Shown one piece after another: positions 1 through 9,927 of a stretch of DNA of 64,000 nucleotides. Under the pieces are notes generated by a model. The model did no database searches, had not been told where the DNA came from, and was given only the letters and a program-made list of their open reading frames with translations. Origin of the DNA: Allomuricauda sp. (GTDB lineage: Bacteria; Bacteroidota; Bacteroidia; Flavobacteriales; Flavobacteriaceae). The stretch covers positions 2,117-66,116 of the forward strand of contig JANQRD010000205.1 of the NCBI GenBank assembly GCA_028284725.1, in the 5' to 3' direction. The position numbers and the translations under genes were made by a program. Each line of letters opens with the position of its first letter. The stretch's first letter is position 1.

Positions 1-18
1 AAAGTTGCTTTCTATTCC

Positions 19-1023
19 ATGGAGGATTTTAAAGCGCTTCCTAAAATAGATGTGCATGTGCACATCAATACGGAAAACAAAAATTTGATCAAGCTGGCAA
101 AGGAATATAATTTCAGGTTGCTGAACGTTTCGGTCGATGCTCCTCTAGGACGCATCCCGATTAAGGAACAGGTGCGGTTGCGTAAATTTCACTATGATCA
201 AGACAGTAGTTTTATGGGCTATAGCACGGCATTTTCATTGAAAGGCTGGGATGAGCCTGACTGGGCCAACAAGGTGATCAAGCAATTGAAAGAAGATTTC
301 GATAATGGAGCCAATTCCATCAAAACCTGGAAAAACATCGGTATGGACGCCAGGGATAAAAATGGGAATTTGATTGCTATCGACGACCCCAAACTGGATC
401 CTGTTTTCAAGTTTATTAAGGACGAGGGGAAAGTGCTGCTGACCCATGCTGGCGAACCATTGAATTGTTGGTTACCACTGGACTCAATGACAGTAAAGAA
501 TGACAGGGATTATTTCAGCAGGAATCCGAAATATCACATGTACAATCATCCTGAAATGCCACCCTATGAGGAACACATTGAGCGGAGGGACAACATGTTG
601 GAAAAGAACCCGGATCTGCTTGTTATAGCCTTTCACATGGCGAGTCTGGAATGGAGTGTGGGTGAACTCGCCAAATTTTTGGACCGGTTTCCCAAAGCCA
701 CGGTGGATTTGGCTGAGCGTATGAGCCATACACAATACCAATCCCAAAGGGATTTACAAAAAGTCAGGGAATTTTTCATCAAATATCAAGATAGAATTAT
801 CTATGGAACCGATTTTGGTGAAAGCCATATGACGGACCCGCGAAGATTGGTAGAGTATATGAAAGAGGTTTGGACGAACGATTGGAAATATTTTAATACA
901 GATGAAACCTTTATGGTGCCTCAATTGGAAACGCCGGTTCAGGGATTGTCACTTCCAAAAGCGGTTGTGGGTAAGATATACTATCAAAACGCGAAACGAA
1001 TGTTTCCCGATTCTTGGAATTAA
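19..1023 (+). CDS. Amidohydrolase_2 family metallo-hydrolase (may start upstream of the window)
   Basis: D-x-H-x-H (IDVHVH), THAGEP and YGTD motifs of TIM-barrel amidohydrolases. The frame is open back to base 1. Confidence 0.8.
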   Translation: MEDFKALPKIDVHVHINTENKNLIKLAKEYNFRLLNVSVDAPLGRIPIKEQVRLRKFHYDQDSSFMGYSTAFSLKGWDEPDWANKVIKQLKEDFDNGANSIKTWKNIGMDARDKNGNLIAIDDPKLDPVFKFIKDEGKVLLTHAGEPLNCWLPLDSMTVKNDRDYFSRNPKYHMYNHPEMPPYEEHIERRDNMLEKNPDLLVIAFHMASLEWSVGELAKFLDRFPKATVDLAERMSHTQYQSQRDLQKVREFFIKYQDRIIYGTDFGESHMTDPRRLVEYMKEVWTNDWKYFNTDETFMVPQLETPVQGLSLPKAVVGKIYYQNAKRMFPDSWN

Positions 1024-1034
1024 AACAGATTGTA

Positions 1035-2255
1035 ATGAGTTGTTCAAAAAGTGTATTTCGAAGTTTGTGCTCATTGTCTCTTACAGCATTTTTATTACTG
1101 GGTTTAGGCTGCAAAAGTGAACCCAAAAAGGCAATCAAGTACAGTATCCTCCTAGAGAAAATGGGCAGTGCCCAGCACAACCTTATCAAAAACAAAATGA
1201 CCGGGAGCAACCAGGTTATCATTTATAAAGACGGCGAGGCAATTTATGATAGTATCGTCAATTCCGGTTTAACAGGTGATGCGGATATCACCGACAAAAC
1301 CATATTTCCTATTTGGTCCATGTCCAAACCCATTACTACCGTGGCCGCAATGATTCTTTTTGAGGAAGGGAAATTCGCCATGGAAGACCCCATTGAAAAG
1401 TTTCTCCCCGAAATGGAAAACTTGCAATGCTTGGACGAAGAAGGAAATAGTTATCCCTGTAAAAAATCGGTTACTGTTTTCGATTTGTTGGCTCATCAAT
1501 CAGGATGGGGATATTACCCTTTTGATGATCAGGGAAATCGCATTTTAATAAGGGATTTGCATTTTGAGGACCTAGAGGATTTTTCCAAAACCATTGCCGG
1601 GAAACCTTTACAATTTGAACCTGGTGCACGCTACCAATACGGTGTGAATACTTCGATCTTGGGAAGGTTGATTGAAGTCATTTCGGGACAAACCTTTTAT
1701 GTGTTTTTAAAAGAGCGGGTTTTGGATCCCCTTGAAATGGAGAACACCAAGTTTTATTTAACTGCAAGCGAACGGGATTTGGTCCAACCGCTTTTTCGAA
1801 AAGATGACTCCGGTTTTGGATTTTACTTAGGAGGGCATGATGAACTGAGCTATAATAAAGAGTCAAAGACACAATTGGGAGGGGCAGGGTTGGTTTCCAC
1901 CACGGAAGATTATGCTCACTTTTGCCAAATGCTTTTGGACAATGGTGTTTACAAAGGTCAAAAATTATTGGATTCCGCTTCAATAAAAATGATGACATCA
2001 GTAATCAACCCTGAATTAAATAGAGGAACTTTTATAGGTTTTTCAACAGGATTTTCCATGTTCAACCTTACCGACACCGAGAGAGATGCAACTGGATCAC
2101 CGTCGGGAATATTTGGATGGGGTGGCTATCATGGCACCCTCTTTTGGATAGACCAAACAAACAACCTTTATGGTTTGGTAATGACCCGGAACTCCTTACC
2201 CGCTAGAGAAACATTTAGAACGGTACGAAAGGCAGCATATCAGGGGATACAATAG
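1035..2255 (+). CDS. Serine hydrolase, beta-lactamase/AmpC-like family, probable lipoprotein
   Basis: S-x-x-K (WSMSKP), LLAHQSG, FEPG..YQYG and WGGYHGT motifs; lipobox-like LGLGC. ATG at 1035 preferred over 1014. Confidence 0.85.
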   Translation: MSCSKSVFRSLCSLSLTAFLLLGLGCKSEPKKAIKYSILLEKMGSAQHNLIKNKMTGSNQVIIYKDGEAIYDSIVNSGLTGDADITDKTIFPIWSMSKPITTVAAMILFEEGKFAMEDPIEKFLPEMENLQCLDEEGNSYPCKKSVTVFDLLAHQSGWGYYPFDDQGNRILIRDLHFEDLEDFSKTIAGKPLQFEPGARYQYGVNTSILGRLIEVISGQTFYVFLKERVLDPLEMENTKFYLTASERDLVQPLFRKDDSGFGFYLGGHDELSYNKESKTQLGGAGLVSTTEDYAHFCQMLLDNGVYKGQKLLDSASIKMMTSVINPELNRGTFIGFSTGFSMFNLTDTERDATGSPSGIFGWGGYHGTLFWIDQTNNLYGLVMTRNSLPARETFRTVRKAAYQGIQ

Positions 2256-2262
2256 CATTACA

Positions 2263-3252
2263 ATGTTCACGGAAAAGAACTTCTCGTACGCCTTACTGCT
2301 ATTGGTCGCCCTACAGCAACCATGTAATGCTCAGGAAGAAATCCATCCAACCTATGTTCAAAAAATCGAACCCACTCCTTTTTCCTTTGAGATGACCCTG
2401 GCACCAAGTGGGATATTTTTAATGGGATCTGATTCGATTGCCGAAAACTACGAATCCGATGAGTTGCCTCAGCATAAAGTGTTTGTGGATAGTCTATGGG
2501 TAGGGAAATATGAGGTCACGTGGGAGTTGTTCGAACTGTTCCTTGAAGAAAACAAAATGTTGTTTTACTCGCTTTCTGATAAAAAATTGGTGAGACTCGA
2601 TGCCATATCCCGACCGAGCTCACCTTTTGAGGACCCAAGTTTGGGAATGGGAAAGGAAGGATACCCGGTAATTAATGTTTCCCCATATGCAGCCCTTGTT
2701 TTTTGCAAATGGCTTTCAGAGGTGACCGGACGGTTTTACAGATTGCCCACAGAAGCGGAATGGGAGTATTTGTGCAAATCTCCCAAAGAAGGTTCAACAG
2801 ATTTTTTTGCTGAAGGAAAACGCAACATCTCCGATTATGCCTGGAGTTTCGAAAATAGCAATGACCAATATACCAAAGTGGGTCAAAAATTGCCCAATGC
2901 TTTTGGAATCTACGACATATTGGGAAATGTGGCCGAATGGACCTTGGATCAATATGATGAGGATTTTTATGGACGAGAACAAGATACCATAGCAAACAAT
3001 CCATGGAATGTGCCCAGTAAGTTGCATCCCAGGATATTCCGGGGCGGGTCTTGGGACGATGACCTTAAGGACTTGTCAACGACCAAAAGGGGAAAATCTG
3101 GTTTTTATCTGCAAAAAAACGACCCCCAGATTCCAAAGAGTTTTTGGTGGTATAGCGATGCACCGTTTATTGGGTTTCGAATTGTGAGCCCTGTAAGGCA
3201 ACCTTCCCAAGAGGAAATAAAAGAGTTCTGGCAAATTGCCTTGGACGAATGA
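2263..3252 (+). CDS. FGE-sulfatase (SUMF1/PvdO/EgtB) domain protein
   Basis: FLMGS, KYEVTW, RLPTEAEWEY, GNVAEW, RGGSW and GFRIV motifs; signal peptide. Confidence 0.85.
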   Translation: MFTEKNFSYALLLLVALQQPCNAQEEIHPTYVQKIEPTPFSFEMTLAPSGIFLMGSDSIAENYESDELPQHKVFVDSLWVGKYEVTWELFELFLEENKMLFYSLSDKKLVRLDAISRPSSPFEDPSLGMGKEGYPVINVSPYAALVFCKWLSEVTGRFYRLPTEAEWEYLCKSPKEGSTDFFAEGKRNISDYAWSFENSNDQYTKVGQKLPNAFGIYDILGNVAEWTLDQYDEDFYGREQDTIANNPWNVPSKLHPRIFRGGSWDDDLKDLSTTKRGKSGFYLQKNDPQIPKSFWWYSDAPFIGFRIVSPVRQPSQEEIKEFWQIALDE

Positions 3253-4580
3253 AAAATGAACAATTGGAAATCAACATTATGGACAACCAAAATACAAGAA
3301 GGGATTTTGTGAAAAGAGGTACGTCTGCCGTTTTGGGAAGTATGGTTTTAAGCTCTTTTCCAAATATGGTTTTTCCGCATTCAAGAGGCAAGCAGGTTTT
3401 AAAGCTTGGTCTAGTGGGATGTGGGGGACGAGGAGTAGGTGCACTTTTTGAAGCGTTGGATGCTTCTCCCTCAGCAAGGGTAGTTGCGATAGCCGATGTG
3501 TTTGCAGACAAAACAAAAGCTGCACTTTCGATGCTTGAGTCGAACTATAAAGCGCAGAACGATGTGACCGAAGAAACCACTTTTGTAGGCTTTGATGCCT
3601 TTAAAAGTGTTTTGGCATTATGCGATGCCGTTATCTTGGCCACACCACCTCCGTTTCGACCCATACAATTCGAGACTGCTGTCGGAATGGATAAGCACGT
3701 TTTTATGGAAAAACCTTTGGCCGTGGATGTTCCTGGCTACAAAAAGGTAATGGAAGCGGGAAGATTGGCCGAGGAAAAAAAACTGACGGTTGTGGTAGGG
3801 CTTCAGTTCAGATATGACCTTGGAAACAAGGAAATGGTCTCTAGAATAAAAAATGGGGAATTGGGAGAGATTCAAGCCATAAGCACATACTACAATGTTG
3901 GTATTCCCAAAGTACTGTCGAAACGGTCAGGACAAACAGAGATGGCATATCAAATGCGGAACTGGAGGTACTTTACCTGGCTTTGGGGAGGGCAATTAGC
4001 AGGTCAGGCAATTCACCAAATTGATATGATGAACTGGGTAATGGATGACTTTCCCGTTAAAGCTCTTGGAAATGGAGGGAGACTGGTTTACAGGGGCTTG
4101 GACAATGGGGATGCCTATGATCATTTCTTTATTGAGTTTGAGTACAAAAGCGGGATAAAAATGTATTCACAAAGCAGAAACATGAATCATTGCACCAATA
4201 GAATGGGATGGGAATTGCGAGGATTAAAGGGAACTGCAAACGAAAGAAGAATTTTTTCGGATTTTAATGGAAAAAGCTTTTGGAGGTACAGAAATCGTAG
4301 CGACCCTTCCGCCACTCAACTGGAGCAAAACATTTTTATAGAATCCATATTGAAAAGTAATCCCGTGAACAATACAGAGTATGGTGCAAAAAGTACTTTG
4401 ACAACCATTATGGGAAGAAAGGCAGCGGAAACTGGTCAAGAAATTACAATGGACGAATTGCTCCAATCCGAGGAAAATTTGCTTCCAGAGGAGTTAAGTT
4501 GGGATTCCCGTTCCATAAAGTTTCCGGATACACACGGAAACTATCCAATAGCAAAACCCAGTGGCATCCACAATCAATAA
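3249..4580 (+). CDS. Gfo/Idh/MocA family oxidoreductase with Tat signal
   Basis: TRRDFVK twin-arginine motif, GLVGCGGRG Rossmann motif, MEKP motif. Confidence 0.88.
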   Translation: MKNEQLEINIMDNQNTRRDFVKRGTSAVLGSMVLSSFPNMVFPHSRGKQVLKLGLVGCGGRGVGALFEALDASPSARVVAIADVFADKTKAALSMLESNYKAQNDVTEETTFVGFDAFKSVLALCDAVILATPPPFRPIQFETAVGMDKHVFMEKPLAVDVPGYKKVMEAGRLAEEKKLTVVVGLQFRYDLGNKEMVSRIKNGELGEIQAISTYYNVGIPKVLSKRSGQTEMAYQMRNWRYFTWLWGGQLAGQAIHQIDMMNWVMDDFPVKALGNGGRLVYRGLDNGDAYDHFFIEFEYKSGIKMYSQSRNMNHCTNRMGWELRGLKGTANERRIFSDFNGKSFWRYRNRSDPSATQLEQNIFIESILKSNPVNNTEYGAKSTLTTIMGRKAAETGQEITMDELLQSEENLLPEELSWDSRSIKFPDTHGNYPIAKPSGIHNQ

Positions 4581-4596
4581 CAATTGGTCAAAAGCA

Positions 4597-5181
4597 ATGA
4601 AGAAAACAATTGCGCTTTTTTTTGGACTTTTTTCCTTGGGACTTTTTTCCCAAGAGGAATTGGTTTTGACAGATTCATCCACCATAGCAGTCGAAGGAAC
4701 TTCCACGTTACATGATTGGGTTGTGACTTCACATGGGAATTCAGGGTTTTTGACCTTACAAAATGAAAAAACTGATGATGTACAAAACGAGGTTGGACAA
4801 ATTTCTGCACTGCAATTGTTGATTGCTGTAAACGCGTTAAAAGGAGAAAAAGGAGAGACCATGAACCGTAAAATGTGGAAAGCGTTGAAATCGGAAGATT
4901 TCCCCAAAATAAAATATTCCTTGATTGAACCCATTCCAAAGGAAGCTATCGGGCACGAAAACAAAATTGTGGAGACCGTCGGTATGCTTCGAATCGCAGG
5001 AATCGAGAAAGAGATTAGATGCCCTTTGGAACTTCGTTTTAAGGATGGCTGTTTTTATCTCAAGGGAAAGATACCCTTGCAAATGAGTGACTATGGCATT
5101 GAACCACCCACCGCTATGTTTGGTCAGATAGAAACAGGTGATAAGGTGGTGGTCAATATTGATTTAAAATTTACAAGATAG
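4597..5181 (+). CDS. YceI-like polyisoprenoid-binding protein
   Basis: Signal peptide, GTSTLHDW, and C-terminal MSDYGIEPP..MFG.I..GD.V pattern typical of Bacteroidota YceI proteins. Confidence 0.8.
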   Translation: MKKTIALFFGLFSLGLFSQEELVLTDSSTIAVEGTSTLHDWVVTSHGNSGFLTLQNEKTDDVQNEVGQISALQLLIAVNALKGEKGETMNRKMWKALKSEDFPKIKYSLIEPIPKEAIGHENKIVETVGMLRIAGIEKEIRCPLELRFKDGCFYLKGKIPLQMSDYGIEPPTAMFGQIETGDKVVVNIDLKFTR

Positions 5182-5209
5182 GCCATACTTGGTCACAAAA
5201 ATTGGGAAT

Positions 5210-7381
5210 ATGATACCTTGGAAAAGATGGTCTTTTTTGTGTTTGTTCTTCTTGACAATACAATTGGAAGCCCAAGAAAATGAAACCGATTTTTTTGGTT
5301 TTTGGCAGTCGTATTCAGATATTGAAAATGCGCTATACAAGCATTTTGGCACTATTGCTTATGGCCAACTTCAAAAAAGAAGGGAAGAAATAGCGCAGTT
5401 AAAGACTCCTGAGGACTGGTCGGACAGAAAGTTATTGGTGAGGAAAAAATTGAAGGATATTGTTGGGCCGTTACCTGATAAAACCCCTTTGAATGCCAAA
5501 ATAACCGGGATTGTTCAAAAGGATGGATATCGTATTGAAAAAATTATTTACGAATCAATACCAGGCTATTTCGTAACCAGCGCACTGTACGTGCCCGACG
5601 GGGTAAAGGAAAATGCACCCGCAATCTTTTATGCTTGTGGACATTCCTTGACTGGGTTTAGAAGTACTACCTACCAAAGTATTGTTATAAATCTAGTAAA
5701 GAAAGGGTTTGTGGTGTTCACAATCGATCCCATGGGGCAAGGAGAGCGTTATGAATATTGGAACAAGGAGAAAAACGAGCCTGGGTTTAGGGTTCCCGAT
5801 CATGCGCATTCGTATGCAGGGGCGCAGTGTATGATTTCAGGCTACTCAACCGCGAGATATTTTATATGGGATGTAATAAGGGGCATAGATTATATGCTTT
5901 CCCGAGGGGAAGTCGATCCAAGTCGACTTGGTATGACCGGTAGATCGGGTGGGGGAAATTTAACGGCATATGTCGGTGCTTTGGATGATCGCATACATGC
6001 AGCTGCTCCCGAGTGCTACATTACCAGTTACGAATACATATACAAATCGATAGGGCCGCAATGTGCCGAGCAGAATTTGTATCAAATGGTGGCGAGTGGA
6101 CTGGATCATGCCGATTTCTTAGCCGCTAGGGCCCCAAAACCTACGCTTATCGTAAGCACGACCCGTGATTTTTTCAGTATTCAGGGAACCCGAGAAACTT
6201 ATGATGAGGTAAAGAAAATGTACAAGATGTTGCGCAAACCTGAGAATCTGTCCATGATTGAAGATGATGATAGGCATACATCCACAAAGAAAAACAGGGA
6301 AGCGATGTATGCCTTTTTTCAAAAAGAGCTTGGAAACCCCGGTTCATCGCAAGATTTGGAAGTGGATATCCCAACTCCTGAGGAATTAAGGGTGACCAAA
6401 ACAGGTCAGTTGGCTACGTCAGTCGGCGGAAAAACCATAAACCAGTTGAACAGGGCATTGGTGCAAACTCAGCTTTCGTTACTTCGCAAATCGCGCTTAA
6501 CGGATAAAGATCATCGGAAACATACCATCTTGAGCGCTTCAAAAATATCAGGATTTAAAACCCCAACAGATTACGGAAAAACCATTTTTTCAGGACGCTA
6601 CTTGAAGCCTGATTATTATTTGGAAAAATACTTATTGGAGGGTAGTGGGGACTATAAATTACCAGCACTGGTGCTTAAACCTTTACATAACCCCAACAAC
6701 AGAACCGTACTCATTTTTGACAGTGATGGAATGGAAAAAAGCTTGGCTGAAAACCAGTGGATTCACGGAATGTTGTCAAAAGGCTTTCATATCGTGCTTG
6801 TTGATTTGCCAGGAATAGGGAGTCTTGGACCAGGGTACTTAAAAGGGGATTCGTACATCAACGATGTATCCTACAATCAATGGTTCGGGGCATCCTTAGT
6901 GGGACAATCTTTCGTTGGTCTTAGGGCGGAGGATATATTAAGAGTGGTTTTCTTCGCGAAAAACCAGTTTAAGGGGAATACGGTATCAGCTATCTCCAAG
7001 GGACCATTGGCGAGTGGCTTGCTACATGCAGCCGCTTTTCAGGAAAGCATTGAATCACTGATATTACTTTCACCCTTTCTTAGCTATGCCGAAATAGCCC
7101 AGACACAATTTTACAATTCCAGTTATATTCCATTTACGGTTCCTGGGGCCATCAATAAATACGATTTACCTGATTTAATGGCATCGTTTTGCCCAAAAAG
7201 GCTATTGATCTTAAATCCGAAATCGGCCACTGGAAATACCATATCCAATGAAAAGGCCTTAGAAGAATTACATTTTCCTGTTTCTGTTTATAGCCATTTT
7301 GGAAAAGAAGAAAACATTGGGATTCAAATTGAGAATCAGCAGGAAAATATCCTGAAAAGAATTCTTTCTTTTTATGATTAG
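5210..7381 (+). CDS. Secreted two-domain alpha/beta hydrolase (acetyl xylan esterase-like)
   Basis: GYRIEK..YES, CGHS, DPMGQGER, nucleophile elbow GRSGGG; second degenerate hydrolase domain; signal peptide. Confidence 0.75.
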   Translation: MIPWKRWSFLCLFFLTIQLEAQENETDFFGFWQSYSDIENALYKHFGTIAYGQLQKRREEIAQLKTPEDWSDRKLLVRKKLKDIVGPLPDKTPLNAKITGIVQKDGYRIEKIIYESIPGYFVTSALYVPDGVKENAPAIFYACGHSLTGFRSTTYQSIVINLVKKGFVVFTIDPMGQGERYEYWNKEKNEPGFRVPDHAHSYAGAQCMISGYSTARYFIWDVIRGIDYMLSRGEVDPSRLGMTGRSGGGNLTAYVGALDDRIHAAAPECYITSYEYIYKSIGPQCAEQNLYQMVASGLDHADFLAARAPKPTLIVSTTRDFFSIQGTRETYDEVKKMYKMLRKPENLSMIEDDDRHTSTKKNREAMYAFFQKELGNPGSSQDLEVDIPTPEELRVTKTGQLATSVGGKTINQLNRALVQTQLSLLRKSRLTDKDHRKHTILSASKISGFKTPTDYGKTIFSGRYLKPDYYLEKYLLEGSGDYKLPALVLKPLHNPNNRTVLIFDSDGMEKSLAENQWIHGMLSKGFHIVLVDLPGIGSLGPGYLKGDSYINDVSYNQWFGASLVGQSFVGLRAEDILRVVFFAKNQFKGNTVSAISKGPLASGLLHAAAFQESIESLILLSPFLSYAEIAQTQFYNSSYIPFTVPGAINKYDLPDLMASFCPKRLLILNPKSATGNTISNEKALEELHFPVSVYSHFGKEENIGIQIENQQENILKRILSFYD

Positions 7382-7392
7382 TATGGGATTCT

Positions 7393-8511
7393 TTAAACCT
7401 TTATGACAATACCTTTTCTATACAAGCGCCAAATCAACAAAAAGATTACGGAGGTATTTAAAAGTGCATACGCCAAGGAAGCATTGTAGGGATTAAGTAC
7501 ACTGGAAAGCACCACCGAAAATAACCACTCCTTTACGCTGGTGATGTCTCCTCTGTACATAAAAATATCAATGGAGGTCAGTTTAACAAGGAGTCCCGAA
7601 ATGAAATAGGCAATCAGGGCATTGACACCAAAAGCCAAAAAAGGCTTTATCAATTTTTTGTACTTCAGGATATCAATAAACCAGAGAGATATGGCAAAGC
7701 ACACCATGGCTATTCCAGAGGAGTAAAGTACATAGGAAGAAGTCCATATCCTTTTGATCATTGGAAATTCAAGGCTCCATAACCATCCGATAAGCATTAA
7801 AACATTGCCCGCTATCACTATCCAGATAACTTTGGTCGGTTGATTCTTTTTTTTTACCAACAACAAATGACCTACTAAAACCCCTGTGAGTCCCGATGCA
7901 ATGGCGGGTATTGTACTGAAAATGCCCGTTGTGTCAAATTGGGCACTGCCATTGCGTCCCAGAAAGCCGTTGAGGATTAATCTGTCAAACCATGCAGCAA
8001 AATTGTTGGTGGGATTAAGGTTGGCCGCCCCGACCTGTGGCACTGGAATAAAAGTTAAAATAACGTAATAGCCCACGAGAAGCGCACAGAACCAGATCAA
8101 CTGTGCTCTTTTTCCGGCATATAAATAGAGTATGGAACAAAAAACATAGACCAGCGCAATCCGTTGCAGTACTCCTGGAATTCGGAATGCTGAAAAATCA
8201 AAAAAGGGAAAAAGGTTTAGAAAAAGCCCAAGTAAAAAAATAATACCGCCTCTTTTAAAGACTTTGGCCAATAGCCTTTTCTTGGAGTTCCCTTTGAGTA
8301 TTGCCCTTTCAAAAGCCAATGTTATGGAAACCCCTACTATAAAAAGGAAAAAGGGAAAGATAAGGTCTGTGGCGGTACACCCTTCCCATACCGCATGGGC
8401 GAGTTGGGGATACGTGGTTTCATAGCTCCCAGGATCGTTTACGATGATCATGGCAGCTACGGTAGCTCCCCTGAAAAAGTCAAGGGAGGCAAGTCGATGA
8501 TTGGTTTTCAT
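7393..8511 (-). CDS. NagX/HGSNAT-like (heparan-alpha-glucosaminide N-acetyltransferase domain) membrane protein
   Basis: RLASLDFFRG, HAVWEG.T.TDLIFPFFLFIVG, GVLQRIA and IKRIWTSSY motifs; multiple TM helices. Confidence 0.85.
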   Translation of the reverse strand: MKTNHRLASLDFFRGATVAAMIIVNDPGSYETTYPQLAHAVWEGCTATDLIFPFFLFIVGVSITLAFERAILKGNSKKRLLAKVFKRGGIIFLLGLFLNLFPFFDFSAFRIPGVLQRIALVYVFCSILYLYAGKRAQLIWFCALLVGYYVILTFIPVPQVGAANLNPTNNFAAWFDRLILNGFLGRNGSAQFDTTGIFSTIPAIASGLTGVLVGHLLLVKKKNQPTKVIWIVIAGNVLMLIGWLWSLEFPMIKRIWTSSYVLYSSGIAMVCFAISLWFIDILKYKKLIKPFLAFGVNALIAYFISGLLVKLTSIDIFMYRGDITSVKEWLFSVVLSSVLNPYNASLAYALLNTSVIFLLIWRLYRKGIVIKV

Positions 8512-8717
8512 AAAATAGGACAGTTTTGTTTGCGGACATTGAATGGTTAAATTTTATAGTGAGATGTGAATAAGAGCTATTAAAGCTTTTTTCAACCTCT
8601 CTTCCGATTTGTTGGGAATCGGCATTTTCGAATCAGTTTATCATGCATTTACCTACAAATAAAAAGGTAAAATAAATAAATATTGTATTTTTACTTTCAA
8701 AAGGTTTTAAAAGTAGT

Positions 8718-8725
8718 TAATTTTG
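8718..8725 (+). promoter_or_regulatory. Candidate Bacteroidota sigma-A -7 element (TAATTTTG) for the agaS operon
   Basis: Matches TAnnTTTG about 40 nt upstream of the agaS start. Confidence 0.5.
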
Positions 8726-8762
8726 TTTATTATTGATTAACTTTTGATGAATAGTTGGAATT

Positions 8763-9917
8763 TTGAAAGAAAGAAAAATCAAATTGGACGAAAATAAATT
8801 TGACACAGTCAAAGAGATTTATGCACAGCCTGAACTGTGGAAAGAGACTTTTTCCATTGTAATGTCTCAGAGGGAAGAATTGGTTTCTTTTTTGAAAACG
8901 CCCTTGATTCACGAGAATCTAAAGGTTCTTTTGGTAGGGGCTGGGAGTTCGGCATACATAGGAGAGGTTTTGCAAAAAAGCTTTCAAGAAAACATAGGCC
9001 GTACCACGGATGCGGTCGCCTCTACAGATTTAGTTTCCCATCCAAAAGATTTTCTCAAGAAAAAGCAGCCTACATTGATGGTTTCTTTTGCAAGATCGGG
9101 AGATAGTCCTGAAAGCCTAGCTTCCGCAAATTTGGCTGAAAAACACTGTAATTCCTTTTTTCATTTGATCATTACCTGTAATCCAGAAGGCGAACTGGTG
9201 AAGAATTCAAATACTAAGAATACCCATGTGCTATTAATGCCCGAAAAAGCGAACGATAAAGGCCTCGCAATGACAGGTTCCTTTACGACCATGCTTTTGG
9301 CGGGCATTTTGGTATCTGATCTTAAAAATCTCGATGCAAACTTGGCACATGTAAAAAAAATGGCCGGTTATGGAAAAAAAATCCTTTCAGTATACAGTGA
9401 TGCGTTGAAAAAGGTAGCATCTCTCAATTTCAACCGGATCGTATTTATTGGTTCAGGCCTATTGAAAGGCATTGCGCGCGAGTCACAGTTAAAGGTTCAA
9501 GAACTTACGAACGGCCAGGTAGTAGGGGTATACGACTCATTCCTAGGACTGCGACATGGTCCCAAAGCTGTTATAAATGAATCAACATTGGTGGTGTACC
9601 TTTTTTCAGGGGATGATTTTGTAAATAAGTATGAATATGATTTGGTGAAATCAATTAACAGTCAAAAAGAAAAGCTCTTCGAGATTGGTATTGGGGAAAG
9701 CATTGGGCAAACCAATGAAATTGATCTGGATCTCCCAATAGAAGTTTCTCAAAAGAATGCCCTGCCCGAAGAGTATTTTGCTGTCTGTGCGGTTTTACCC
9801 GGACAACTGATAAGTCTTTATAAATCAATTGACTTGGGATTATCTCCAGATTCACCATCAGTGAACAAGGCCATCAACAGAGTAGTTCAAGGAGTGACCA
9901 TCTACAAAAAAGAATAA
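8763..9917 (+). CDS. agaS: SIS-domain galactosamine-6-phosphate deaminase/isomerase AgaS
   Basis: EIYAQPELW, GAGSSAY, SFARSGDSPES, AMTGSFT, RHGPKA and the C-terminal NRVVQGVTIY signature. TTG start. Confidence 0.85.
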   Translation: MKERKIKLDENKFDTVKEIYAQPELWKETFSIVMSQREELVSFLKTPLIHENLKVLLVGAGSSAYIGEVLQKSFQENIGRTTDAVASTDLVSHPKDFLKKKQPTLMVSFARSGDSPESLASANLAEKHCNSFFHLIITCNPEGELVKNSNTKNTHVLLMPEKANDKGLAMTGSFTTMLLAGILVSDLKNLDANLAHVKKMAGYGKKILSVYSDALKKVASLNFNRIVFIGSGLLKGIARESQLKVQELTNGQVVGVYDSFLGLRHGPKAVINESTLVVYLFSGDDFVNKYEYDLVKSINSQKEKLFEIGIGESIGQTNEIDLDLPIEVSQKNALPEEYFAVCAVLPGQLISLYKSIDLGLSPDSPSVNKAINRVVQGVTIYKKE

Positions 9918-9927
9918 CCGATTGATT

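Noticed and set aside
1035-2255. Beta-lactam resistance gene
   Set aside because: The SxxK fold is shared with esterases and amidases, the class C KTG motif is absent (WGG instead), and the context is catabolic.
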